Shown here: in pieces, positions 45,852 to 60,738 of the stretch
Numbering within the stretch: position 1 is the stretch's first letter
Layout of the letters: each line of letters starts with the position of its first letter
From: Blasia pusilla
Taxonomy: Eukaryota
Direction: 5' to 3'
Length of the DNA stretch: 64,000 bases
NCBI GenBank assembly: GCA_050084515.1
Contig: CM114271.1
Location: 28,706,001-28,770,000, forward strand
Notes under the pieces: model-generated
Database searches by the model: none
Told to the model about the DNA's origin: nothing
Seen by the model: the letters and a program-made list of their open reading frames with translations, nothing else
Made by a program: the position numbers and the translations under genes

Positions 45852-48800
45852 TCAATATTCTGGAGACTTCGGAACATAAGAGCAATACTATTGCATAGAT
45901 GCAAGGTTTACTTTGGTGGGATCGACACGGAACCAAAGAAGCCAATGGGCAAGAAGGGGTTATGGCGGTATTGCTTCTTTCATCAGGTCTCAATTTCTAC
46001 CTCTCATACATCTAGAAGATCAAGATATCGGGGGCCAATATCATTGGCTACGTCTTGGTTTGGTTGGGGGATCTTATTGTTATTTGGAAGTTTGTTATTT
46101 TGCACCACTGTCCATGCCTATCTACTCAACACGCACTTATAATCGAAGTCAACCGTTCCATCGACTTATTGGGGATGTTCTCAAATATCAAAGCAAAGGT
46201 GAAGTCTTTCTAGTTGGGGATTTCAATGCTCGCACACGTACTGCTCTATTCACCCAATTCAATGATTCCTTGACTTCTCCTCTTCTTGAAGAACATGAGG
46301 ATGGTTTGTGGTCTAGAATCTCTTCAGATCTTTCTACAAATCCTTTGACATAGCATTTTTTAACCTTCGGAGCCACTTGTAATTTAAAAGTTCATAATGG
46401 AACCTCTCATTTTCCCAACTCTCACTCCAATATGTGTTTCTCCTCTACCGGCGCTAGCACCATCGATTATCTTCTATCCTCGCCCGCTAATAGCTCTCTT
46501 ATCTCTACATTTGATATTCTAGAACCTCAGCATGAATCAAATCATGCATCTCTTTTGTTTACTCTTTCACTGTCAAAGGCAATTCCTCTCTCGATATGTC
46601 AATCTATTTTAGCTTCTCCCAGGTTTGCTTAGAACCTGGTAAAAAATATACGCTTCATTTACAAGAACTCTTGACTCGCATTGTATGGAGCCCAGATCCA
46701 CACACGGCAAGTTTGCATCTAACCGAATTGTTCAAAAACACTGCATCTAAGTTCTTTTCGCGACACAGGGATAGAAGTGCTAGGAGGCAACCTTGTAATG
46801 GATGGTTTGACTCTGAATGCAAGCAAGCAAGGGCAAGATCAGCCGATAAATCTTTGGATATCCAAAGTCGGCTTATTATGACGAGCCTTTACAAAGACTT
46901 GGTGAAATCTAAGAAACGAGCTTTCTTGCAGCGGAAGCAAGAGTCCTTGACAAGGGAGCTGCATGAGGACCCCAAATCATTTTGGAGACGGTTAGTAGTA
47001 CGGTCTTCAAAACCTACTGTTGATACCAAGTCTTTGATATCTTTTTCCGAAAAGCTCTATTTCTTCCCCGACGCTACATCTATGCCACGTTGTGAAGGAA
47101 TACCTGGCTTATTCTCTGAAGCAGAGATGATGACTCAACTAAGAAGATTAGCAAATGGTAAATGTGAGGATTTGGATGGTCTTTCTATTGAACTTTTCAA
47201 GTGGGGAGGAGATTGTATTGGACCAATCCTCACCAAAGTATTGAGTGATACTGTTATCTATGGTTTTCCTTCAATTTGGTCGCTACGAGAGATTATTCTT
47301 ATTCACAAATCAGGAAGGAAGGACTTGGTGACAAACTATCGCACTATCATGGTGGGTAGTGTTTTTGCCAAGTTATTTGGAAAATTGGTGGAGTCAAAGT
47401 TGAGCACATGGACAGAGTCTTTCCAAAAGAGAGCACGGGTACAAGCTGGTTTTTGCCCAACATACAACACCATCGACCATATCTTGGCCTTGCGTGTTTT
47501 ATGGGAGAAATCTAAGGGCAATGGAAAAGCTTTGTTTTGCGGCTTCATTGATTTCAAGAAAGCTTTTGATATTGTACCTCGTAAGCTCTTATGGGAAAGG
47601 CTGCAAGCCATTGGAGTACCACCAAATCTCTTAGCAGCCGTGGCCACGTTATACCATTCCGTTCGGGCCAAGATCAAAGGTTCATAAACTCAAGAGTTCT
47701 TGAGTACAATCGGAGTCATTCAAGGTTGCCCTCTCTCCCCTACTCTCTTTGGAGTTTTCATAGATGATATCGAAAAGTGGTTGGAGGAATGTGATAGTGA
47801 AGGTGTCAAGCTTGGGGACTTTGTCATCAAAGCTCTATTATATGCATATGATATCATATTACTAGCACGTGATGGCATTAGCTTACAAAAACACCTCGAC
47901 ACTTTGGCAAGGTTTTTGTACCCAGAGTGAGATGGAAGTTAATATGGAGAAGTCTAAAGTCATTATAGTGGGTACTAGATCCAAATTCTCGTTCTTTTAC
48001 AAAGGTCTACAATTAGAACAAGTGAAGAGTTACAAATATCTAGGCATCGATTTCTCTCATCACTATAGTTGGGCACTTTGCGTGCAAAAGAGAGTAGAAG
48101 CTGGTTACAAAGCTCTATATTCATTTTTAAACCGGTGTAGAAGAGCTAATCTTGTGTCTTGGGGTCTTAGGAAGTTCTTATTTAGGAGCTTAGTGTTGCC
48201 GGTGGTCTTATATTGGGACCCAAGTTTGGGGGCCTAGTTGTAAGAAGACAGGTTGGGAGCGCGTGGAGAGGGTGCAAAAGATCTTTCTACAAGAAGAATT
48301 GGGTGTAAGAAATCAAACTCCATATGCTATTCTTCTTGCGGAAATAGGTTGTCTTCCTCTAGAGGCTGAAGCTATTTACTTGACCATCACTTACATCGCA
48401 AGGGTGACATTTCTTGATGTTTCTCGCCTCCCTCATCAAGCTTTGCGAGCCACACGTTCCATGGGGTGGATGGCGGATGTGGTGACTTGGTCTTCAAAGT
48501 GGAAAATGGCGGAATGTGATTGGGACTTGAAACTGATGGCACTACGCGAGCATCTACAGAAGTAATTTCTCAACATTATTTGGAGGAGCTTGAGCACCAA
48601 AATGGAGTTTCATCAACTTCATGTTAATCCTATGCTTGTATATTGTGAGCAAGGATACCTACTTGCGGGGGTCTCCACGTTCTTACGTCATATTATCGCA
48701 CGACATAGAACTGGGTCTCATACGCTAGGAATTGAGGAAGGACGATGGTTTAATATCAATAGAAGTGAACAAATTTGTAGGTTATGTGACGGAGAAAATA

Positions 48801-49080
48801 TTGAGGATGAAGAGCATGTGTTTGTTACATGTCCAAGATATGAAGAGATTAGACTAGCTCATAAAATAGATGTGGAGAATTTCTATTCTTTACTACAGCT
48901 AGTGCCTTATAATTTAGGTTGTTATATTAGGGACGTCATTGTTCATCGCTCAAGTGCTCTAGGCAGTAACTAGGAGAAGGTCTTTAGGATCTTTTTCTGG
49001 GTCAGTGAATGAATGACTTGTAATGTATTTTTCAGCCTTTTGACCCTTTGGGTCCCACGGGCTTGATCTATTTACCATTT
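45852..49080 (+). mobile_element. RTEX-like LINE copy C, 5'-truncated within the endonuclease
   Basis: GDFNAR, GWFDSEC, DFKKAFD, QGCPLSP, ICRLC...EEHVFVTC; ends gcttgatctatttaccattt. Confidence 0.9.
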
Positions 49081-52000
49081 AATCCTCAACTAGTTCAATT
49101 ATCAGCTTTGCATCACCTGCCAGTCCTTGCCCTTGGTAAAACTACATGCCCATTATCTGTTACATCATATTTAGGTACATGTATCCACTTTTGCTATGAG
49201 CAATTACTTACACCATTTCAGACCATGTCAGTCTACATCGGAACTTCATTTTGTCATAGAAAAAAATGTATTTCCAAAATCTCTTCATTTCTATTCCAAT
49301 CAGTTCCTCGAATGCTAGTGTGTTAGGATTCTCATGGGTTTGGCTCATTCTTGCAGCCTCTTTTTCAGATCTTCTTGAATTCGATGCTTGCCCATTCCAT
49401 GCTTTGAGAACAACAAGCTCATGAAGGCATCTCTATGCACACAGTATTCTGTCCAACACACTCCACTCAATTTTTTGTTGTTTATTAATACAAGAGAAAT
49501 CACATTGAATGTCCATATGTCCATTCTATATTTCTTTTACTGGTTTTGTAGCACAAACTCCCACTTGTGCATTTCTAGCATAGTTATCAAAGTGTTACAC
49601 TTCTTTTGATTCTTTCCTATTCAAATCAATTGCTATGACATGCCATTTGAGCTCTGTGCTCCGCAAGCTACTCCACCGCACCTCAGCTTTACTACATAAC
49701 TACATCCATTTACTACTTGCAGAGAACTTTCACCCCACCTTGCGCATCCACTATTCTCTGTGCACTGCAAATCACAAAGCAGCTTCCAATCTTTATCAAC
49801 TTCGTGACAATATTATCAGAACAAATAATGTGAACTATAGAGACAAATTCAGAATACCATCTATGTACCATGACCAACTATCTGAAAAAAACATGTTATT
49901 ACCCGGATGATGTTTCCTTCAATTCCAACTTCATATAATCTATTTTCTTAGCAGCTGCCTACCAAATGAACACATGTATATTTGAGAACCAAAAGAATCT
50001 CACTACAGAAAGCCAAGGCATTGTTGCGCCGTTACTTTATTACAGGGCCTCCAATAGCACCCATCTACCTCATGTCAATGCCTTACTAGTTCATTCATCT
50101 TCTCTTATCTCATATTTCCGCTCCTATGAGCCTCGTTATTAACTTAGCAATCCTAGGCCACACCCAATATAATTTTATATCCCACAAATTTTCAAACAAA
50201 CTTGCATTCCAATATGGATACCAATGGCATGCCGTTTTCTACTTTTACAATTACCATTATCATTATAATTACAACCATTTTGTACTTTCCACAATATTAA
50301 TCACACTACTTAGGCGGCATTCTTGTTTTATAAGTGGCCCTGCGTGTTCTCCGGTCACTGAATTCGGGCCGTGAGGCTACGTTTTTTGTGCACTTGGGAT
50401 GAGGCCCTAAGGTAGCGGCGAATTTTCTTCGTGGGGTTTGATAGCTGAAGTGTCTATCATAAAGTTGTTTCGGTGCAACTTCAAGCCCTAAATTCCATCC
50501 TGTCAACAGTCTGACTTCATTTGCGATACTTTATTGCAGGCAACGGGTCTCCATAGCTTTGCAACGTGCCCAAGAAAATGGGCTTTTGGTTGGAGACGCC
50601 AATGTTAGAGGCCCACTTAATAGTAGCCATAATTTTGTAGGTGTTCTCATGTGACAATTTTGGTCGTTATGTCTCTTAGGGGCGGTTTTGGCTCTTGGGG
50701 TTTTTAGTTTTCTATGCCCCTCTTCGTATCCCGATGGGTTTCCATCCTATTTTTATTTATGTTTTATATTTCACTTTCCTGTCAACGGTCATGTAGTGAC
50801 CGTTGACAGGAAAATGAAATGTGACGTGACCGTTGTTGAACGGGTCATTAGTTACCGTTGTAGAATCCCATACAGCGGTTGCCGAGAATCGATCGACGAT
50901 AAACATGCAAGTATACGGCTAAACCAGTCGGTGCCCTTGGTCTGCACGCGTGAAAAAAGCCTATAATAATTTAACTAAACTATAAGGGATCTTTGTTCCG
51001 AGATCCCTGCGACAGTGTGACTAATAATATTCTAGTAGATGTTGCTAATAATATTATAGTAATTGATGTGACAGTAAACTATGAAGAAAAAAATTGAATT
51101 GGCGCTTGAGATCAAAATGTCAACCTTTCTCTTCAACCTTTCTCAGTCAAACGCAGGGGACTTACATCATTCCGGTCAATGGGAAGGTGGTGGTGCTATT
51201 GGTATGTTATATTTGAATGAGGAATAACTATCCGTTCCAGACCTATCCATCTCACCGATAGGAGTTTCCTCAAGCATTTGTTCCTCCTTTCACCAAACTC
51301 ATTGAAGCCTTGCTACAATCGAATCTCCAGTAGTGAGGGTTGGGAACGCACACAGATTGAGGATTCTCGAGGAATCACGAAGTATCCAAACTGCTTTGCG
51401 CGCGAGCAGAGTCGAGCGGAATTGAGGAGCCAAAAACGTTTCCACGGGTTTATCGTATTATAGAGTAGGGAGTGCAGGATATACAAACCTACAGGTTACA
51501 TCTTGAATCCCAGCAGGCATTGTTAATGTCAGTCCCCGATGGAATCTCGCTACTTACTAATTAAATTTGCAGCTAATCTCAGATGACTACTTTTCGACAT
51601 CAAGAACGCGATAAGCATGTGAGTTTGTCGTGTGTGCCGATTGTTGGAAAGCCCTTGAGAACAGTCATGAAATGTGTCGTAGAGTCCCGTCGTCCCGGAC
51701 ACTTTCTGCCTCACGTTGTGATGCATGCTTGCCTTGGAGGATGAATGTGAGGGAAGTCATCACATCATAGGATAGCCAACGTGCGATAGCCGGATTTCTG
51801 CTGGCATTTCGTGGTTCATGGGATTGTGAGTTCTTACCTCGCTAGGAGCTGATGAAGTAAGTCCGAAATGCAACGAAGGCAGTTTCGTGCTAAAGCTCGC
51901 ATCGTAACACTAAAAGCGGGCGGTCAATTGATCGCATGGGGATCATTTTCAATCACCTTTTAGCCTGCACCTAGATCGAGCCTAGTTAGTATAGATCATT

Positions 52001-52124
52001 ACAGGTTCCCTTTAAGCGTAGCTTACCTCTCGAAGTACTTCTTACGTTTTGGTAGCCCTTAACTTCTGTCTGACGTGAGTTTGCAGTTGGTGGTCGGGGA
52101 AGAGAAAGGAAGTTTGGGGAAGAT

Positions 52125-54840
52125 ATGGGTATCACCGTAGCAGTTAAGATGGATCACCTGGCTTTGCCAAAGTCAACGGTAAGCGTCCCTCGTGATGTCT
52201 CGAAAATCATTTTAGTACCGAACGTGGAATATCGGGGAACGGTGAAGGCCACAGTAAAGGATTTCATTCGGCGCAATTTCTTCATTCCAGACGAGCTTCA
52301 AGTACTCCAGGCCCCCCTTTTTCGAAAACTTAGTGAGAAAGAAAACATCGAAGATCTCTACAAGCGGTACGCGTGCCAAACGGAAGTGGAAACTCCAGAT
52401 ATTCATGTGGAGGAGGATAGTTACACGTTCTTCTGTCGAGAGGGTGGTCGGACTATCGATCTTGAAGATACGCGAAGTTTGGAGGATTATCACATTCTTG
52501 ACAAAATGGTTCTTCAACTGAGGGTGAGTTTTGGTCTGGGTTTCTAGGACACTTTTACCATTTCCGTGGTTGGAGACTCCTATTTACGCAACAGACTGGC
52601 TTTGGCAGATTTCTTCCTCTCTTCCAGTGGCACTTTTTCATTAACTGATATTCTTTCGCAGAAATTGCCACAGCCGTTGCCGGGCGAAGGAGGTCGAATT
52701 TTCGTGGAGACAAAAGACGGCATCCTTCCTCTTCTGGACATCAATATTACGACGAAAGTCTCAGAAATAAAGAATGCTCTTGAGAGCATGACAGGGATTC
52801 CAGTTGAGCATCAAATTCTTTCTTCAGTCGGACGTATCATGCATGATGAATTTTTAATCAAGGATTTCAGTGGCCTGCACAGAGTGTGTGAAGACTCCAC
52901 ATTGGATCTTTGCAAATCAGGTACAGGCGCTAGCTCCCACCAAGCTGCATATTGGCACTGAAATGATTTGCTTCCAACTTTTGTTGAAGATCTCCCACGG
53001 ATGCCCACCTGCCATTTGTGTAATTTGTAAGTTTGATAGATCCAACAAAAGTTGAATGTCTCATTAGGTTCTTTTCAAGCAGGTGACTCTAATCTTGACC
53101 AAGCGCACAGGAGGATGGTGGTCTCCGTAGATGTGATGGGAGAGCAAAAATTCGCAATGATTGTTCAAGGTCGCGACGAAGTTCAGTCGGTCCTTCAAGT
53201 GGTTGAGGCGAGGACTAGTATCGCAATGTGGCAGCAACGCATAACCTTTTCTGGTGCGAATACAAGGGAATTTTGTTTTTGTTCTGTTCACCGGGTCTTC
53301 CAGCTTAGATAACATACAAAGTGCTTTTCAGTCGGTCAGTCATTGAGTTTGAGGAACTGAATGGGGATGCTTGATTCAACGTTGTGACCTAGGGAGAATA
53401 CTTCAGGAGAACAAACCTCTCAGTGACTACTACATACACCCTGAGTGTACGCTCCAGGTGACCATCTTCAAAAGTCCCTGCAAAGCTTCAACGAAGGTTG
53501 TCCATACCCTACACAACATGGAAAACTCAGGTACCCTAACGTAAAGCACTGCATGCAGAAGTGGAGTGGGAATTTTCTGGTTAAGCAGTCTACGAAATTC
53601 GAGGCTTAATGTTGGTGTTTTCCACGTGGTCGCTCTCATGGACTTGTTATATCAGTTAATTTCAGATTACGCTGTAAAACAAAATGACCGCATAGTGTAA
53701 GTAAGACCCATCTTTGACAGGCTTTGCTGGGGAGGAAGTTTGCGTTCCATCAATTGTCATTCTGAAATACATTAGCTATTGAACAATATATCGTGCGCTT
53801 CAAACCCAGCAGGGCAGGAGCCAAGACCAGCTGCTCGTAAGATACGATTGCTGCGGACAATCAGAGGGCGCAGCAACGGTACCATTACCATCCCTGTCCT
53901 CACGACTGACACAGTATCGGATTTGAAGCGAAAAGTACGGCGAACTCTTCAACCCCTGACCGAGCGAAATTTTATGGTGATTCACGCGCTGGGTGCTGAT
54001 TCTGGTGATAGTCCCAAGAGGGCAAGTCTTTCCCCAGGGCAAGCAAGCAACAACGACAGCGGGAAAAAAATGTTGCGTGAGCTGTCATTTAATGTAAAGA
54101 ATTTTCCCGGCTCACTGGTGAACGCCAGTCCGAGTACGTTGTCGGAGCGAACCCAAACACCTCCTATTTGCCAAATCTCCCGATCACCTGCAAGGTCTGG
54201 TGATGGTAGCAGCTCCAAGAAAGTGACGCGAATTCTCTCTTTCGAGCGGCCATCCGCCCGTCAGGTGAATCCGAGAAACCATGAGCTTTCAGAAGTCGCC
54301 CTCCAATCATCTGCTGCTCCACTTTTTCCTCCTCCGCTTGGCCCTCGTAGAGTTTTTCCAACGGAGGAGTCAATACTCGGTGTCACGGTTCCCACTACCG
54401 TTGTGAGTGGTAAGCTTCCTGAAGTGAAGTTAACACCACCTAAACTTGGCAATGTGGATGACTCGGCCTCCTCAAACGGACCCAAGTTAAACTCCGCACC
54501 TGAACGACTGGAAGTTACCTCGACTCTGCCCTGTACACATACGAGGGCTTGGTCAATGGGATCTGGTTGTGTTGCATGTAATGAATTTCTCCCTTTGCCA
54601 GATGAATTATCTCGCCCACAGAGCTCCGTAGAGCATATTCAAACACATGTTCCAACGTCACTTGCAAGTGACACTTCAACCTTGGCAGGAAGTACAAGTA
54701 GTCAACTACCATCTGTACCAATTGGTTGTATGCATCATCAGACTGCTGTGGTGGTAGAAAAGAAAGGTCTTGGTGCGTGGTTGACAGACAGCATACAGAA
54801 TTTAAAAGATCACATTAGGGTACCATTCACAGATAGATAA
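52125..54840 (+). CDS. Protein with tandem ubiquitin-like domains and a Ser/Pro-rich C-terminus
   Basis: Phase-consistent exons 52125-52523, 52662-52920, 53083-53253, 53393-53530, 53813-54840. Ubl-like segments DTRSLEDYHILDKMVLQL, KVSEIKNALESMTGIPVEHQIL, QQRITFSGRILQENKPLSDYYI, TDTVSDLKRKV. Confidence 0.75.
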
Positions 54841-55820
54841 TTGGGTTTGGTGCGTGGTTGACGTAGTGGTACCATAGTCTAAGAGATGTTAGCACCATTC
54901 ACGAATGGAGGAAGTGTAATTAACCATGTTACAGTAAAAAAAACAGGTTTTCAGTTTTGTAAATCATAGTGACACTGTAAATATGCATTTCTCATTTCTG
55001 GGTATGGTAGTTGAAAGAGAAGTTCGATGTTGAAATATGTCTTGAACAAAAGTTTTGGTTCTGTGAGCCGCTACCCTACCTATAGAGAAGAGAAAACTGG
55101 CCGGTATCCATGAAAACAGCTGACGCTGAAAGTGCAGATTTTGCAAGATGGAGAAATGTTTTCCCAAAGCAACTTGAATTTTATGTCTTGTTCCTAATAT
55201 ATACATAATATATCTATAAAAGCACAAGTATGTTTATATTTTGTTTAATCTAATACAAATTCTTAAAAATTTGCAACCTAAAGAAAACACATGAATTTTT
55301 TTTTTTTGAATTTCGAAATTGAATTGAAAAAGAGCAATGAAAGGATTCCTAAGATGAAAATATGACGAGGGGATTCTCCAATCAATCTCATCACCTCAAT
55401 GTGACAATCTCCTACTTCTCCTCCAAGCCCCACCAAGTGGGGCTCACCACCTCACCACCCTTTGTGAGGTAATTCGGAAAAAGAATCATTGCGACATACT
55501 GCTATATTATCCTAAACCCTTAATGTAACTTAATGTTGCCATTTTCATCCCTTACTAGTTAGTGCGCATGACAAAGTGAGCCTGCGCACATATGCCCTCT
55601 CCTGTACACTCACCCCGCGCATATATGCCCCTCTTCAAGTATAGGAAGGGATTATGGTGACACGTGTGGTGTATTGATGGTGTCGCCATGTTAGAACCAC
55701 TCCACCAATTATAATATAAATTTGAGGGAGGTGGAGAGGATAGGAAGGAGGAAAACGCAACTCTAGTTCCCATTATGCTCTTCAGTTGCGGTGGTTCTCT
55801 TTGCAGGGAGGTAGTGAAGG

Positions 55821-56183
55821 CAATTGAAACTCAAGTTCTGATCCTCTTTAGAGCGAACCTAAGAAGTAAGGTCGGAAATACTCTCTTAGTTTCAGCACAA
55901 CATTTAGACGAAGGAGAGAAAAATTGGAACTCAAGTTCCAATTCCGCGGCTTCTCAAGTGGGGCGCAGCTCTTCTTCAAGCGCGGCGAGAGGAAGGAGGA
56001 AGAATCGGAACTGTACCTCTTATTCTCCAGCTTCTCAAGTAGCCACTTTCTATCACGTGCGGCACGAGAAGCAGAGAGGGAGGACTGAACAATTGGAACT
56101 CAAGTTCCAATTTCGTCATTCTTATGTGAAGTGAGGAAGGAAGGAGTGACCTAAGAGCTTTCGGAACTCAAGTTCCAATTCGG
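55821..56183. repeat. Dispersed 22-bp palindrome AATTGGAACT-CA-AGTTCCAATT x4
   Basis: Perfect copies at 55922 and 56091; variants at 55822 and about 56161. Confidence 0.8.
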
Positions 56184-57615
56184 CACACTTTCTTTCAAGG
56201 GAAGGATTTTTGGCCGTCCAAGTTTCGGGCGAGTTGGCAAAGTGGCGTAGCAATCATAACCCAAGTTTACCTTGATGCTTACGGAGATGTTTTAGGGTAA
56301 TTTTTGGGTGACACGCATTATTGTTAGTGCATTGGTGAGTGCACAACACTATCGGGACTATTGTAGAGAACCTGATGGAATGGATGTTTACCACACTAGT
56401 TGGGAGTGACTTAGTGTGCGGGCTACTTGCCGAGTGTTGATCTCAAGTGAGATAAGTGGGGGAAAAATTTGGGCATTGTCTAGTGCAAAGCTAGTGGCTC
56501 ATGAGTGAGTCATACTCGTTTGGAGGTTTCGGGTGCTCCCATAGAGGAGGCGCGGCAAAAGGAGAGGAAGAGAGGAGAGAAGAAACTTCCTTCAATCCAA
56601 AGATAAATTTTTTTTTAGAGAGTTTCGTGTGATTTGAAGCGAGCTTCCCTTGGGTTGAAGATAGGAAGTTTTTTTTTAAACATATTTTTCAATTTTGTTC
56701 TATGTGCTTAGTCACTTCCTCAAATTGGTTTTTCCTCTTCCTCATTCTGGCAACCCGTCTGAATCTGACGGGTTGCAACTTGCACAGAATTAAACAAACT
56801 GAAAAATCATTGGAACCAGAATTGTGGAAAAAAATCACTTTGTCCATCCAAGGTCTGAATAAGATTCATCATTTTTCCTTTGCTGATTAGAGTTCAAGCT
56901 CATAGTGAACATTCTGGCACTTCAAAGTACAATCTAAGACCTCATGTTGCATCCTTATAGTGGTTTGTTCAGGATACTTTGCACTTCTTTGAGAGAAAAA
57001 ATTTGATGGTGGATTCCTAATCCTACCTTCGACTCTCTTAAAACTACAAGCAACACATAGTAGATGTGCTTACAAGGAAAATACCTTTTCCCACTTGTCT
57101 CTCTTTGGACAAATTCATTACAAGAACATGTGGGAAAGGAACAGATGTGTACCACATACACCCCTGTGACACTTGAATTCACAGTGTTATTCCTGACCCA
57201 ATACATCCTTCCTAATCCATTGCCATTATAAATATCTTTTGTGGCGATGATTTCCATGTTGGCCTCTCAAGCTGATGCGATTCGCTTTGCTCTCTCCACC
57301 GTTGGCCTACACAATCTGTTTCTCTTCACCTCATTTCTTGACTCAAACAGAAATAGTGGATTGAGATCATCCACCTTCTCTGGATACATGTTGGCAACAA
57401 TCTAAGTTTGCATCCAAAATGCGAAGGTCTCTGTAATGCGAACATGTTTCGAACTCCCTCCATCTACGAGTTTGAATCCAACACTTGTAAGATTGTCCAA
57501 TTGTAAGTCCAATTGGTACCAGCAGCAATGGGCCAAATCGTGGGGGAATTCCCTAGAGCTCCAATGGTAGCCGGATAAGACTTTCGGAAAGCGCATGATT
57601 CATTTGGGCAGAATC

Positions 57616-59505
57616 AATTGGTAATTGGTAAATAGATCAAGCCCGTGGGACGCAAAGGGTCAAAAGGCTGAAAAACACATTACAAGTCATTCATTCACTG
57701 ACCCTGAAAAAGATCCTAAAGACCTTCTCCTAGCTACTGCCTAGAGCACTTGAGCAATGAATAATGACGTCCCTAATATAACAACCTAAATCATAAGGCA
57801 CTAGCTGTAGTAAAGAATAGAAATTCTCCACATCTATTTTATGAGCTAGTCTAATCTCTTCATACCTTGGACATGTAACAAACACATGCTCTTCATCCTC
57901 AATATTTTCTCCGTCACATAACCTACAAATTCGTTCACTTCTATCAATATTAAACCATCGTCCTTCCTCAATTCCTAGCCTATGAGACCTAGTTCTATGT
58001 CGTGCGATAATATGACATAAGAATGTGGAGATCCCCGCAAGTAGGTATCCTTGTTCACAATATACAAGCATAAGATTAACATGAAGTTGATAAAACTCCA
58101 TTTTTGTGCGTGGGCTGCTCCAAATAATGTTGAGAAATTGCTTTTGTAGATGCTCGCGGAGTGCCATCGGTTTCAAGTCCCAATCGCATTCCTCCACATT
58201 CCGCTTTGAAGACCAAGTCACCACATCTGCCATCCACCCTATAAAATGTGTGGCTCGCAAAGCTTGATGAGGGAGGCAAGAAACATCAAGAGATCTCACC
58301 CTTGGGATATAAGTGATGATCAAGTAAAAAGCTTCAGCCTCTAGAGGAAGACAACCTGTTTCTACAAGAAGAATAGCATAAGGAGTTTGGTTTCTTATAC
58401 CTAATTCTTCTTGTAGAAAGATCTTTTGCACCCTCTCCACGCGCTCCCAACCTGTCTTCTCACAACAAAGGCCCCAAACTTGGGTCCCATATAAAACCAC
58501 CGGCAACACTAAGCTCTTAAATAAGAACTTCCTAAGACCCCAAGACACAAGATGAGCTCTTCTACACCGATTTAAAAATGAATATAGAGCTTTGTTACCA
58601 ACTTCTACTCTCTTTTGCACGCAAAGTGCCCAACTATAGTGATGAGAGAAATCGATGCCTAGATATTTGTAACTCTTCACTTGTTCTAATTGTAGACCTT
58701 TGTAAAAGAACGAGAACTTGGATCTAGTACCCACTATAATGACTTTAGACTCCTCCATATTAACCTCCATCTGATTCTGGGTACAAAACCTTGCCAAAGT
58801 GTCGAGGTGTATTTTTAAACTAATGCCATCACGTGCTAGTAAGATGATATCATTTGCATACAATAGAGCTTTGATGACAAAGTCCCCAAGCTTGACACCT
58901 TCACTATCACATTCTTCCAACCACTTTTTGATATCATCTATGAAAACTCTAAATAGAGTAGGGGAGAGAGGACAACCTTGAATGACTCCTATGGTACTCA
59001 AATTCTCTTGAGTTTGTAATCTTTGATCTTGGCCCGAACGGAATGGTATAACGTGACCACAGCTGCTAGGAGATTTGGTGGAACTCCAATGGCTTAGAGC
59101 CTATCCCATAAGAGCTTATAAGATACAGTATCAAAAGCTTTCTTGAGATCGATGAAACCGCAAAACAAAGCTTTCCCATTGTCCTTAGATTTCTCTCATA
59201 AAACACGCAAGGCCAAGATATGGTCAATGGTTTTGTATGTTGGGCTAAAACCAGCTTGGACCCGTGCTCTCTTTTGGAAAGACTCTGTCCATGTGCTCAA
59301 CTTTGACTCCACCAATCTCCCAAACACCTTGGCAAAAATACTACCCACCATGATAGTACGATAGTTTGTCACCAAGTCCTTCCTTCCTGATTTGTGAATA
59401 GAAACAATCTCCTGTAGCGACCAGGTTGAAGGAAAACCATAAATAGCAGCATCACCCAATACTTTGGTGAGGATCGGTCCAATACAATCTCCTCCCCACT
59501 TGAAA
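57616..59505 (-). mobile_element. RTEX-like LINE copy D, 5'-truncated, inserted into the transposase
   Basis: 423-aa RT/CCHC ORF 57730-59001; GGTAA(A/T)T tail. TCAATTG occurs at both junctions; the empty site is at 63745-63777. Confidence 0.9.
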
Positions 59506-60738
59506 ATACTTCAATTGATCCTTGGTCCTGGTTAAACGATCAATTTTTCAGCCCCTAGAAGCCTTGTACTGGTCGTCCAATCCTTATACAGTTCTTATTC
59601 AAGAAAGTGCCGCATGCTCTCCTTATGCCTTGGATCGTGCCCCGCAGGTGGGTCCACATCTAGGATTGCTTCAAGAAATATGCTACCTCTTCATATTGCA
59701 ATTTTCCACAATGACCAGAATCCCATATTATTCAATAGTCCTTGAGACTGGATGTAGCAAAGTCCTAGCTAAGAATAAGACATTCACTGATTTTGGAGAA
59801 GTTACTTCAACTCAAATTTGGGAGTAATCTTGTGTCTCCGAATATCTAGGCAAGGTAATTTCATCATCCAAATCAATCACCGGGTTTGTTCCTCGGTGGT
59901 GACGTCAAGATACCTATATGGTCTCCAAGAGTCTCGCTCAGATTGCTCTACCACCATCTATATGGGACGTCTCGAAACACGCTCACGAATGTCCCCACCA
60001 ATGTGGACATCTTTCTCGAGAGGAGTTCCGGCTATGTACCGATTGAAGGCTTCCACATACAATTTGTCACATCTTATTTCGACTTAGATAGAGTTCTATC
60101 ACGTCGACGACATAGAGAGGCAGCCGGTTGTTTGGATGTAACTTCATCCCGAGATTTCGGATGAGGTTGGCGACAAGTCTGCTGTGTTGGAAACCTCAAT
60201 TATGGCGATTTTCCTATTTTGGTTTTAGTGCGGCAGGTGAGCCGTTGACCGAGTGAACGGGTCACCCGGTAACCTTGCATGCAGATTACTGTTGGGAGGG
60301 CTATTTTTGGGGGAAGAGCCAAACCATCTTTCTCATGTTGAGCCTTAGGAGCGTCTCTCTTGCATAGACGTGTGTGGGTATGTAAGAGTTAGGGTGCTAG
60401 CGTCCGGATTCCCTCACAATAGCCCTAACATAGAGCTCGTAAATCGAAGGGCCCTTTCCTTTGGTTATGCCTTTTGTGAGGAAGATGTGGGATGCTGCAG
60501 ATTGTATCATTGCCCTTGCTTGATCTTTTGGTATGCCTCCACGAGTGAAATTTTTTGGCATCTTGTGATGACCTCCTGGAGGAATGAACACTCTCGGCTC
60601 CACTTGTGTTTGGGCAGAGGGCATTTTCATGAATATTCAATCCCTACGGAGACAAAAATATGAGAAGGGAATGGAAAAAGCTCTTTGGGTGAAGAAAATT
60701 GGTAAATGGTAAATAGATCAAGCCTGTGGGACCCTACT

